A stretch of 64,000 bases of DNA from Lingula anatina (Eukaryota > Animalia > Brachiopoda). Under the pieces are notes generated by a model. The model did not search any database. It saw nothing but the letters and a program-made list of their open reading frames with translations, and was not told the DNA's origin. Both the position numbers and the translations under genes were made by a program. Location: assembly GCA_051362555.1 (NCBI GenBank), contig CM120642.1:17298001-17362000 (forward strand). Reading direction: 5' to 3'. Every line of letters starts with the position of its first letter. Positions within the stretch are counted from its first letter, which is position 1. This document shows, in pieces, positions 1 to 11,360 of the stretch.

Positions 1-248
1 GGATTGGGTCGATTCACGTAGACCGATCGATGGTGTCTATGGAATTGGGCCTAAGACGCACTAAACAAGTGGGACCTAGAATTATATTAAAGTTATTATA
101 CTCTGTCACCTTATTGTTCTCGTAACAGAGACAGGTAAATTTTTAATATTTGCAAGAAGGAGATAATTTAATGGAATTGTGACAGCATGAGATATGGAAA
201 AAACGGTTAGGGGTTTATATATATTTTTATTCCCATTCCTCTTTTTAG

Positions 249-916
249 GATATCCTATAGTGGCGCACACCGGGTCAACTCACGGATTTTCTTCCATTCT
301 CGCATTTATTCCATCAAAACAGAGTGGCATATATTTGAATTTCAACGCAAACGACAGGCCTCACCTGCGAAGGCACGTGTTGATGGCGCACTTGTTGGAC
401 ATCGTTTTGGAGGAGAAACCATGGCTGAACAGTTCCACGATTTGCACATTTCCCGCACCATTCGCTCAGTGGCAACACATCGCCAAGTCTGGAGTGAACA
501 AAACCCCGGATACAGTTGGAGCAGGAACAAGACCACTCAACAATTATGCTGGGCAATATCATCACCCTGTATTTGGCACCGTCACCGTAGTACATAACGC
601 CACAGAGCCGTTTCTCCGCATGTTTTATGGACCGCTAGGACAGTGGGTGCTTCATCCAAATAAATCTGATGAATTTTATGGGGAGGGCGAGGGCGCCGTT
701 TGGAACTTTGTTCTTTCGGGTCTCAAGTTCGGTAGCCAAAACAAAAAAGGTGGTGAAATTGATGTTTTAGTCATAACATCTTTTGAAGAGAGAAAACCCC
801 CAATTTTCCTGAAGGTGACGGGAATACAGACGACATTTGTTTCGGATATAGGCTTTCTCTCTTACCTCATGTTAGGTTTGTTTACTTTACTGGCAAGGTA
901 TAAGTTGAAAAAGTAA
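249..916 (+). CDS. Terminal coding exon of a beta-lactamase-fold (class C-like) serine hydrolase with DUF3471-like C-terminal domain and hydrophobic tail
   Basis: Acceptor ctttttAG at 247-248, then GYPIVAHTGSTHGF (HTG motif of the family), YAGQYHHPVFGTVTV (DUF3471-like) and hydrophobic C-terminus FLSYLMLGLFTLL. Stop at 914-916. Upstream exons were not identified and probably lie outside the window. Confidence 0.8.
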
Positions 917-1135
917 ATTTGAACATTAAAATCGTTTAAAATTAAAGGAAATTATTTTTGTACATGTATATATCTGAGCGATAGGATTGCGGAGGCTTAG
1001 GTCTAGCCTACAGCGATAAGGGCCTACTAGCCTACAGGCCTAACTTATATATATTTGACTCCTATTTATTAGTAGTTTTAATAGTTTTGTTTAGTCAATC
1101 AAATAACCCACCCAACATAGAATGTAACGCATCCA

Positions 1136-1520
1136 TTAAAGATGCATACAAAGTCAATTTTTTGTCACAAAAACCAACCAAATGCCAGCATATAGTTTCA
1201 AGTAGTATAACCAAGAGAATTACCAAAAGGCATTGTTTAATTTTACCCGAAAATGATGTTTGAACGGATTTTTCTGCTGGCATTCTAAGCTGTATGTCAA
1301 TGGGGCAGAAAAGTAGGTCACGAAAGTAGGTTAAATTTACGACCAAAAATTTAAAGAAAGGAGCAGTCTAAAGGTCTTTTATGGCTGATCGAGTGATCTA
1401 TTCAGTTTATCCCTTGGCATGTCGAATTTATTTGAGTCATATAAGAAGCTTGTAGAAGTGGTTTACATGTGTTACTTGGAATCCACGCTCCACCGATGCT
1501 CGGTTCGTATGTACCTTTAA
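1136..1520 (+). mobile_element. ~380-bp non-autonomous TTAA DNA transposon (Kolobok-like MITE), copy 1
   Basis: TTAA at 1136-1139 and 1517-1520. Imperfect TIRs AGATGCATAC.../...GTATGTACCT. Near-identical inverted copy at 2887-3276. Confidence 0.75.
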
Positions 1521-2886
1521 GTATTGGTACATATAGATCGAGACACTTTGTAATTGTGAGAGCAACTTACACACCATATGCCTACGTACCGGTAATTTAA
1601 CATATTTAAACACATCACCCTACATTTTTATTATTTCCAGGATAATAATGTAAAATTCACTACGAGTAGATCTGTAACCCCCTCTGTGTATTTGTAGACT
1701 CGTCTGTGCTAGCCCCGTTGCTGTCACTGTATTTAGGTCAAATTATTGCATAGCGGGTAGTAACGTGTTCAGTCTCGTGAGGGGTATCGGCTGGACTTCG
1801 TTGGCCAGTAACCCCCATGTTACAGAGATTATTAAATGGCGTGATCGATCTGGTGAGGGGTATTATGCGGATCTTACAGTTTTGGCCAGGAACCCCGATA
1901 TTGGTAAGTTACTCTTAGAATGCATGTTCGTCACTTGCTCACACGGTACCTACAGGTTACACGCCGGTCTAGTTCTAGGAAGATGCATCGCCGTAATTTC
2001 ACTGTAGGAGTCAATGAAGCAAGCGATTTATTCTGTTGGTAAGTTTTAAAATGAATTTATAACCGTGGTTTAGGTTTTTTAAAGATTGAGTGCGCAAGAA
2101 AAGCTTTAACTGCTACCGTAGCGATCTTTGTGAAAGCCACTTTTGATCGTTAATCGGCTATTGAGTTGAGTGTGATCTTATTGTACCTTGTATTAATTTA
2201 ATTAGTATCGATATGTAAAGTAGCCTATATGTTGCCAAGTATTATTTAGGATTTGTTGCTTATTACCTGTTTAGAATAAGTTACGGGAGTTTACTTATTT
2301 TTCTAGGAGATTTGACAGATTTCTAAGAATTGCGCTATTTATCAAGTTCGACGTAAATAGTAACTACATGTACCTGTATATGTGAGTTTTCTACGCGCGC
2401 TGTCAATGTAACAGTTTTGTGTGCTCTCTTTTGCTTGTCTTGTTTGTTGTCTTATGCTAATCGAAATATTTTACAAGCTGTTTCATTATATTGCAATAAA
2501 TCCGTTTGCTTTTGCTAGAACAGAAGAGCTCAAAATATTCATGTCATAAATCTTCCTAGGTCATGTTTAGTAGGTCACTGGTACAGTTGTGGTTAGATGT
2601 GCATTGCAGCGTCGCGTTCTCGCTCTATTTTGGTGCACCGATAGTAATTTATAATTGCTTAGCCTTTATATGTTACGTATGTGTTTAAATACCATGTAAA
2701 TGGGGTTAAGACGTGCTTCTCTATGCATTTAGGACTTGCCAATGTGTTATTAAGCTGAAGTGACAGGAATGACGAAATCTGTGCAAAGCTTTTGCTGTGG
2801 GTAGGTGAATGCGGTAGTTGAGATTGTACATCGTTAAATGCAACGTATGATGTTACATGTGTCACTCATTTTTGTATGCATGGATA

Positions 2887-3276
2887 TTAAAGGTACATAC
2901 GAACCGAGCATCGGTGGAGCGTGGATTCCCAGTAACACTTGTAAACCACTTCTACTAGATTCTTATATGACTCAAATAAATTCGACATGCCAAGGGATAA
3001 ACTGAATAGATCACTCGATCAGCCATAAAAGACCTTTAGACTGCTCCTTTCTTTAAATTTCTGGTTGTAAATTTAACCTACTTTCGTGACCTACTTTCCT
3101 GTCCCATTGACAAACAGCTTAGAATGCCAGCAGAAAAATCCGTTCAAACATCATTTTCGGGTAAAATTAAACAATGCCTTTTGGTAATTCTATTAGTTAT
3201 ACTACTTGAAACTACATGTATATGCTGGCATTTGGTTAGATTTGTGACAAAAAATTGACTTTGTATGCATCTTTAA
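2887..3276 (-). mobile_element. Same TTAA MITE, copy 2, inverted
   Basis: Reverse complement of 1136-1520 with few substitutions/indels. TTAA at 2887-2890 and 3273-3276. Confidence 0.75.
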
Positions 3277-3277
3277 G

Positions 3278-3400
3278 TACCCTCTACCAGGGCGGCAGAT
3301 TATGTAAGGAAAAACGAAAAAATCCATGACACAGCCAAATAACTGTCTATTTATTTAGAGGAATATCTGCGAAATTGATCTGTCGCCCTGGTAGAGGGTA
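3278..3400. mobile_element. Small MITE with TA-flanked CCCTCTACCAGGGC TIRs
   Basis: TACCCTCTACCAGGGCGGCAGAT ... ATCTGTCGCCCTGGTAGAGGGTA. Family members at 41112-41267 and (right end only) ~38035-38058. Confidence 0.75.
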
Positions 3401-3759
3401 GATATTACGAGACTCTCGGCGCATTCCGCCTGAATTGCGTTATCTTCTTACATTACTTTACAAACTTGTTTATAACATTTTACTGGCATAAATTAAAATT
3501 ATATCTGTAGGCTTTGTTAATAATTAGCTGTGCATAGTATGTATTATTAGTGTATTATTAGGCCTGACTATTATTTAAGGTCTTTGTTGATGCGGATATG
3601 TAAATAAAACAGCTGAAGTTGAAGTTTGTCATTCCGACCCGTAATCAAGCCGCGACATCAGAAATTAATACCATTAGATTTTCGTGTTAGACGAAGCTCT
3701 GACATTTCTGGTAACAGTAGACCTTCACTTTATTGATGCTGGTAGTATCTACCTTTGAC

Positions 3760-6700
3760 CAGGGCTCGGAATCTCGAAAGGTTCGCTATGTTGCGCACGC
3801 GCTATAGCATAGCTAGCGTGCGCTATTTGCTAGTGCGATTGCACCCACCTGCTATCTCGAAGCCTTAGCAGACGCAACGCAATTATAACCTCAAACTCTA
3901 CTAATATTCGATTGCCGCATAAAGTGAAGACGTCATAACACAATTACACAAAATGCAATTTTTTTCACCATGACGCAAATCAAGAGGTTGTTTTAATTTA
4001 TAGGAATATCATAATAACAAATACTGATATTTGAAGTATTTGACACCAATAAAATGTCAAAAAACAATTCAATAAGCGAAGCTTGGACTGACACAATTAC
4101 TGACACACTGGTGAGTAGTGTTCAGTCTCACAATAATAGACATTGAGGAAGGTGACGGTGCGACCGAATGCTTTCTTTCTGCTTTTTCATTTTGTGTGGA
4201 AAATGACACTTTTAAATTTATTATTATTATCAATAGACTACACAGATGAATTAAATGCACCAGAAAATATAAAATGATGTATGAAATGTTTAATTTTGAA
4301 ATTTTCTGCATAATAAAACTTGACTTTGGCATTCTTCACGTGAATATTTACCGCAAGTTTTTCTATCAGAGGTACCAGTGCTTCAATCAATTAAAAGCTT
4401 CCATGTTTTTGTAATATGTTTTATTATATGCTATTATGACTAGCAACCCAAACTTGCCTCCATGTTTAATTACATATAAGACACATTAAAATGACGAATT
4501 TCGCATTTGCAGAAGCCTTTGCGACTAGTTTGTATCGCCGCAAATAATAGCCTCGAAACTAATGGCGATTTGGACATTAGCGCACGGCCGGGATTTGCGA
4601 AGCTTTCGAGATACGGGATAGCGCACGCTAGCCATGCTAGCGCAGGCGCTCAAAATAGCGATTCTTTCGAGATACGGGATAGCGCACGCTAGCCATGCTA
4701 GACACCCAAACCCAATATAGAGGTGCAAACGATGTCACAGACATGTTCCTAAAAATGTGTAGTGCACAGATTACAAACTATGTTTGATTATTTTAGGGTC
4801 CCACATAAAGAAGTTTGTATTAAAGTTTCACTTTCCTGGGACAACGAATAATAAAAAATAATTCATCATCTAACCCCAAAAAGGAACATACGTTACTGTC
4901 ACAAATGCATAACGTCTAGCTGTGGAAACGTTTTAATCACTTTGAAAACTCAATCATCACGGGTTTTGTTCTTTAATTTATCTCCTTCAAGTATAACGTT
5001 GTAAAAAATTACGAAAAGCTTCTGTATAGAGCAATTAATTGCTTTTTAGCGACTTAAGTTTGCCTGTCACTGAATATTAAAAAAACGGGAAAAATACACC
5101 CTACCGACAGTAAAATAAGCATTAAATAAATTATTTTTCCCCTCGTGCTCCAAATATTATATCTGAAATGTCAAACTATCATGGAATCACTATATATTTT
5201 TCTGTCAGCAAAAGAAAACATTGTTTTCTCTTGCACCAAGTACTTGTACAAAATGAAACATTTTGTCAATTTTCCTAGGGAACATACGTTACCTAGTATT
5301 AGCCATGACGCAGGCCCCATTAGTTACGGTTTAAATATTTATAAAAAAACGTCCTTACATCATATTTAATTTAACATGATTGAATCACTTCAAAACATAT
5401 AAGAACACGTTATGAAAATAAAAATTAGGTGGCCTGGAACATACGTTACCGGAACATACGTTACCAGTGAAAATCTACTTGTGCCCGAAATTGGCTCTAA
5501 AAGAAAAACTAGCTTCTGTTTGAGATGTCAGGTGGTTCTTTCTGACGTCTGCTCGAGCTAAAGATTAGATGAGGTTAGTTACAAGTGTAAATAAATCCAT
5601 AAAATCCTCAGTAACGATGTAGGCGAAGTAAATGATTTTGCCGTAATAAAATATTTAATTCAAATACAGAAATGAATGTCACAGACGGAAATAAATGTCA
5701 AACAAGACTATGCAAGAAAGAAATAATCGCCAACGAGCGCAGTGAGCGCAGTGCCATATACATTGATACCGAACGGAACATCATTATTTCAGAAAAATGC
5801 GAAAACAAGAGCTGAGATTAAAAAAAATATCGATCTCGTAAAAAAAAAAAAAAGAAAAAAAGAGGGTGACGCTTATTTGGAAGCGAAAGAAAACGGGTTC
5901 AAAATACTATGTAGGCCTACCTTCCGCCTCCTTATAAATGTCGTGAAAGACAAAAGAGGCATGCAAAGACTAAATCACGAAAACGTAGACTTCACCAAAG
6001 GAAAGAAGAGCTCCTAGCTGCTATAGAAGTTGCCGAGGCAAGTCCACGGCAATCACCACCTGAGAGACTTGTTGTGTGTGCGAGGTGGCCACAACGTGGA
6101 AACGATTGAGAAGAAACTGAAGGCAGTCACAATGAACAATTAAAGAACTACAGTCACAGGTTAATGAAAGAGGGAGAATGCTATCCGGCAACGATTAGCC
6201 ATTGTAGAAGACGAAATACGGAACCACCTGAATTTTCCACATGCCCCAAAATTAAGACAGAACGCACCATACAGCAGGCTATGGACCCAAGCTAACACTG
6301 TGCAGAAGCAATTACTTTTATGTCTCCTCCATCCCAGTGTACCACAAACTTTCATAGTCTTATTTAGAACAAAAAGAAGGCAACAAAGAATATCGATTGT
6401 TCAAGATTTGGTCAAACAAGGCCGCTTTTATTTTATAACGCCACTACCCTAATTATTTTAGCAATAATAACAATGTAGCAAATTGTTGCCTTTATCCTTA
6501 GGGATAAAAATAATATTATATATACATATAATATCCAATAAGACTCATCATCCTAAAAATATGACTTATATAAAATGATTTTTTAGCTACAGTGGGTCAA
6601 GTTTAACGAGTTACACCTAGAAGTAAGATGAAATTTTTCATAATATAGTGGCTGAGAAGATTGCGAAGACGTACCGTTGTCTCAGATTTCTTTCAGCTGC

Positions 6701-8097
6701 TACTGGCATTTGCCGGAATCATTGGTCGAGAACTCGCGAAAAGGGGATGAACTTGTCGAAAAGTCGACGGATGGGAGTAGCAGGAAAAAAAGGCAAGCTG
6801 TATACGATTTTTTTGAACGAGACGACTAGAGGCCAAGAGCGCCGGTAACCAAAAAAAAAAAAAAAAAAAAAAAAATCATCCAGCACGTTGGCAATGTAAA
6901 AACACAGTATGAACATCTAAGAAATCTCAAGGAAACTTTTACAAGAAATCATGCAGCCTATAATTTGTCTTAAATAGCGACTGATAAGGACCGTAGAGAC
7001 CCTAGAACTCTAAAGTGATACCTGTTTCTTATACTCACTCAATGGAAAGACTTTTAAAAAAACGTAATTTTGTGAGCCACTTACTTTTTATAGATGGAAC
7101 ACACATTATATATATATATACATTTTTTAATTCCCAAAAGTGCCGAAATCTGCAAGACAATTTACACTTTTCAGAGAGGATAGTAAAGCTCATTTTGAAC
7201 GAATTCTCTGCTGTATTGGAAAACCTATAGGTGTGTTGAAAAAGGCTTCGTGGTAGGTAAGATGTTTCTGGGATCCGCCTTTCTTTACATGCAAATGATT
7301 AAGACGTTTGATACGCGGATCGTGTTTGTGTAAATATGTTATCACTTTTGATTTCTGAGTTACTTTTAAACACCTCAATATATTCCACGAAAAAAAAAGC
7401 GAAAAAATATCTTATCAATATTTATTAAACTCGTGTCCCGTATCTTTTCTATGGCTGTGGAACATACGTTACATTACGGTATGCGATGGATGCGAGGCGT
7501 AGTTGGTATTGTAACTAATATACCCAAAATTTGAAACTGCCAATGAGTTTTAAATTCACGACTAATATGACCAGTGGTAGATAACTTTTAGGTAACAAAG
7601 TTTTCAATTCTCTATACAATTGACAATTACTGCTATTGAAAGAGTCATCAACGTGGACATTGTAAAGAAAAATGATCTTTAGTTTGAAAGTAATTTTCCT
7701 AGATCTGGTCAATTTAAAAGTATTTTCCTATCACTTTTCCATTATTAATGACTCATAGGGTTCTGATAGTGTTTAGCTTCACAAATTTCCACAGCGCTCA
7801 ACTAATGTTCGTGTTTGTATCAGGCGATTCAGTGGTAACGTATGTTCTTTCTTACGCTTTTTTCACTTCAAACGGTTATCAATTTATTTGCTTACAAAAC
7901 AGAAACACGTGGGCGTAAAATTGGGACATTTGTGGATTTTTGTTCTATACACATGTAAGTTTTAAAAAATTGGATAATACATCGAATTCATTCAATTTCA
8001 TTTTTTGAGACTTGAACTTGTGAAATGCACCTCTATATTGGGTTTGGGTGTAGAGCGTGTGCGCAACATAGCGAACCTTTCGAGATTCCGAGCCCAG
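3760..8097. mobile_element. Non-autonomous DNA transposon (hAT-like CAGGG termini) whose right TIR is split by a nested element
   Basis: Left end CAGGGCTCGGAATCTCGAAAGGTTCGCTATGTTGCGCAC matches the reverse complement of ~8059-8097. Removing 4703-8050 plus one TAGA restores a ~65-bp TIR. No matching 8-bp TSD seen, so the superfamily is tentative. Confidence 0.65.
4703..8050 (+). mobile_element. 3.35-kb decayed DNA transposon with 25-bp TIRs and 4-bp TSD (Chapaev/CMC- or Sola-like)
   Basis: TIR CACCCAAACCCAATATAGAGGTGCA / TGCACCTCTATATTGGGTTTGGGTG. TAGA on both sides (4699-4702, 8051-8054). Repeated motif GGAACATACGTTAC (~4882, 5279, 5436, 5451, 7459, inverted ~7835). Frameshifted coding-like remnants at ~5800-6350. 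Confidence 0.8.
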
Positions 8098-8528
8098 CTC
8101 ATTCTGTGTGAAGTTATGATTATAGGAAAAGGCATTCATGAACACCTGAAAGTACAACTTTACGGACGAGACCTAGGACATGTCAAGGAATTCAAGCTTA
8201 ACGGCTACCGCTCGGAAGATGCGACAAGTGTTAAAAAAGACGCGGACAAAAATTTAGAGTGCATTGGCTAAACTGGATAGAATGTTGTAATAAATCCATT
8301 TAATATACTTATACAAGTTCCAAATAATGAGCTGAAAAGTGAACAAAATGAAACGAAAATGAAACTGTAAAAGAACTAATAGTGAAAGGCATTTGAATGC
8401 TGGCCTACGGGTGCGAGAGTTGGACATTGTTAGAAAAAAAATGAATAAATGATCATGGCTTTTGTATGTAAGAGCTACAGGAGACTGCTGGGTATCAGCT
8501 GGAGTGAAAAGGAACAAATGACTATTTG

Positions 8529-8988
8529 CATGACCGAAGCCAGAAATTCCAAAGGTGGCGGGTGGGGGTCTTTTTCTGAAAACAAGTGGACCTTTTAATA
8601 TAAAAACTGCAGCATGTACCAAGATCAAATTTTACACAGCGGACTTTTTCCCAGCAAAAAGGGTGATTCTTTTGACCCCCCGACCCCCCCCCCCTCCGGC
8701 TATGGGCCTGATGTGTGGAGCAAAATCGGGAGCAAATTTGAGGACTGTAATATCCCTCTAATCATTTTACAAGGCCCGTAGCCAGCAATTTCAAAGGGGG
8801 GTTTCTTTTTCTGAAAAAGTGGACCTTTTCCCATATAATCCCCATGTACCTAGGTCAAATTTTACCCAAAGTGGACCTTTTTCCAGCAAAAAGGGGGGTT
8901 CTTTCGAACCACCCCCCCGGCTATGGGCCTGATGTGCGGAGAAAAAATCGGGAGCAAATTTGAGGACTGTAATATCCCTCTAATCATT
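8529..8988 (+). repeat. Tandem duplication (~220-240-bp unit) containing a CAGGCCCGTAGCC...GGCTATGGGCCTG MITE-like element
   Basis: Both units end in GGCTATGGGCCTGATGTG...AAAATCGGGAGCAAATTTGAGGACTGTAATATCCCTCTAATCATT. Related inverted fragment at ~54678-54750. Confidence 0.7.
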
Positions 8989-9060
8989 ATATAAATGCCA
9001 CCTTGGAGAGAAAGGTAAGGTTCTGCGGACACCAAATAGAGATTAATTGCCAAATGTTCT

Positions 9061-9290
9061 TATTCAAGGCTGCTGCGACGAAAAAAGATGTCAAGGGAGG
9101 CTGATGAGGACTTTGGAAGCATGATATCAAGGAATGAATACGTTACAACATATGGGAGGCAGGCTGGCGAAATGAAGACCCTGTGAAATGGAGAGCAGAT
9201 ATCAAAGCTTGGATGGACCATGGAAGTATATGTCGTCTACGATATGATGCCCTGGGTGGACGTATAGACTTTGCTTTGATGGTGATGATG
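9061..9290 (+). mobile_element. Degraded 3' end of an RTE-type LINE
   Basis: Translates to IQGCCDEKRCQGRLMRT and VKWR, resembling the RTE C-terminal GxxxGKRxRGRPxxxW...DRxxWR pattern. Ends in (GAT)n-like tail GATGGTGATGATG. Confidence 0.45.
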
Positions 9291-9924
9291 TTGATTCGAA
9301 GTAGGCATAGACCTACTATTTCCTCAAAGTTCCTTGAAATTTAAGATTTTACTGTGATCATTGTAAATTGTGAAATAATCTTGGCATTACACAGTCCATT
9401 TTCATTAACTTAAACGTACATTTCCATAGACAGAATGGGTCTACTTAAATCTACACAACTCTGCAGGGATCCTCGTTGCAGAGTGCTAAATTTGATTAAC
9501 ACGCTTCTACTGGCTTTAAGTAGAATAAAGAAAACCTTTTAAGTATATAGGTAGCCTACGTTGGAAACAAAAGAGGGTGTACGGCCGCATAGTGCAACTG
9601 ATCGCAACTGCCAGGCATTTTGAAACCAAAGAAAATCGTGAACACGCATTTCGCAACCGCAACGCTTTTTGCAACCAGTATTTTTTCCTAAGTGCGTGAA
9701 TCGGTTTGAGGTAGCCTACGAAGCGGGTAGAATTGGAAGGGGGACGCGGTTGCCTCGATTAGGTTCGTTGAATCTGATCAGGCTGCCCTTGGGGCGGACT
9801 TTGATATATATAGGCCTAAGCCTAATCTATTTCACATTGTAATTTCTTAGACCATAAGAGTTGAATAGAATCATAGGAGATAAACAAACCTAGGGATATG
9901 TATCGAAATTTTACTATACCGTGG

Positions 9925-10790
9925 GTAGGTGTGGCCGTCCCAGGGGGTGGTTGACTGTAATTTTTACTTCATAATTTCTGTTATTTACACATATCTTCAG
10001 AGTGAGGAAGTTAAAGCGCCAAAGAATAATTAACCTATGGATTAGAATGTGCATGGGCACTTCCAATTTTTTGTGACTAGGGGTGTGGCTGTCCCTAGGG
10101 GTGATTGATTGTAATTTTTCCATTGCAATTTTTGCTGTCTACCCTTAGATGTTTAGATGGAAGTTGAAACGTCTGGGATTAATAAACTTATCGTTAGGGA
10201 TTTGCATGGGCACATTTTTTTTTTACTTGGGGTGTGGCCGCCCCTAGGGTCGGTTGCTTTTAATTTTTACACCCTAATTTATGGTAGCTATCTTTAGACC
10301 ATTAGAGGAAAGAACACGGTCGTTGGGGATTAAATAACCTATCATAAGGGATGTACACTTGCATGATCACAAAAACCCAGAGGGATCAACACATCCCCAA
10401 AGACAGGTTTTTAAATCCTCATAGCCTTACGTTCCCAATTTTAATGGTCCAAGGGTAGATGGCAGAAATTTCAATGCCACATTAAATTCAACCGCCCCTA
10501 GGACCACACCCCAAGGAAAAAAAAAATAAAAAATTCCAATCGAACTGCCCTAGCTTCCACATCTCAAATATTAGGCCAACTGTTGCTATAGGCCTACGTA
10601 CGTTTCATGTTTCTTACTCAAACGGCTGATACTATGGGTAGATAGCTGAAAAAACGATGTAAAAAATTACCCCCCTCCCCCAGGGACAACCACGCCCCAA
10701 TTCACAATTAAAAGAGTATGGATTGCAAACCCCTAATGAAAGATTAATTAAACTCCGACGTATCAAGTAAGTTTTTAACTATGATGGTCT
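9925..10790. repeat. Diverged ~150-bp satellite-like array: ~3 direct units followed by ~2 inverted units
   Basis: GGTGTGGCYGYCCC(T)AGGG...TTG...TAATTTTT at ~9927, ~10081 and ~10230. Reverse-complement CCCCTAGG/ACCACRCCCCAA motifs at ~10495-10515 and ~10678-10700. Confidence 0.65.
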
Positions 10791-11186
10791 GAAAAGGAAC
10801 AGTGTGAAATATCATATGCACCCCTGGGTTTGTAGCCTGACCAATGTCAGCGTACCTAGCAGAGGCTTGAACCCCGTCCCCTTTCCAATACTTCACACCA
10901 TTTCAGCAAGGATTTTCAACTGTTGAAACTCCTTGGTTTCAGTAACTTGGAAAAATCTTGGCTGCTAATTGTGCTGCAGTTGCAAAATTTGTTTTCACGA
11001 TTTTCTTTTGTTGCAAAATGCGTCGCAGATGCACAATGCGGCTCTACAGAGAGCATATCACATAATTAAGCTGATTACGCTCAGCAAGAGCTCAAGCAGA
11101 GTTGGGTTGATCCACAGAGACCGATATAGTGTCTTTATAGGAAAAGGGTCGTAGTGATCTGTTGTTCGCATTCATCTTCCTTACAT

Positions 11187-11299
11187 TGTAGTGTATTAGC
11201 CTATGGATCGTTTACGCGTCACGCCAGGTGTCGCATGACACCTGGTACCATGTGACTTGACGCGGGAATCTTGAATGTAATAAAGCAGAACTCACAACA
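11187..11299 (+). repeat. 5' LTR (113 bp)
   Basis: TGTAGTG...CACAACA, identical to 17460-17572. AATAAA at 11279-11284. Confidence 0.97.
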
Positions 11300-11360
11300 A
11301 TGGCGACGAGGATGGTCACATTTTATTACGTTGAATGATAATTTTACGATTTTAAACAAC

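Noticed and set aside
1673-1824. TGTAAC...GTTACA 152-bp segment resembling a solo LTR
   Set aside because: Flanks (AGATC / GAGAT) do not form a clean TSD and there is no second copy in the window.
4880-7850. Recurrent GGAACATACGTTAC motif as a CRISPR-like array
   Set aside because: Irregular spacing, eukaryotic context and location within a TIR element indicate transposon internal repeats.
9618-9632. Minus-strand WFQN-like codons (TTTTGAAACCA) as a possible Xlox remnant
   Set aside because: The context translates FLWFQNAWQ, with no KIWFQNRR or other homeodomain residues.
11070-11121. CCACAGAGAC (11112-11121) is the reverse complement of the first 10 nt of tRNA-Asn, suggesting a divergent second tRNA left of the Gypsy insertion
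   Set aside because: Similarity fades after ~15 nt, with no cloverleaf or properly placed B box. At best a very decayed pseudogene; an Infernal search would settle it.
11271-11360. ORF-track N-terminal extensions of gag (also Cdx 25687, Gsx 41757, ZP 58025, and 194-248)
   Set aside because: They start at TTG codons or run through LTR, UTR or intron sequence. The ATGs and splice sites given in the features fit better.
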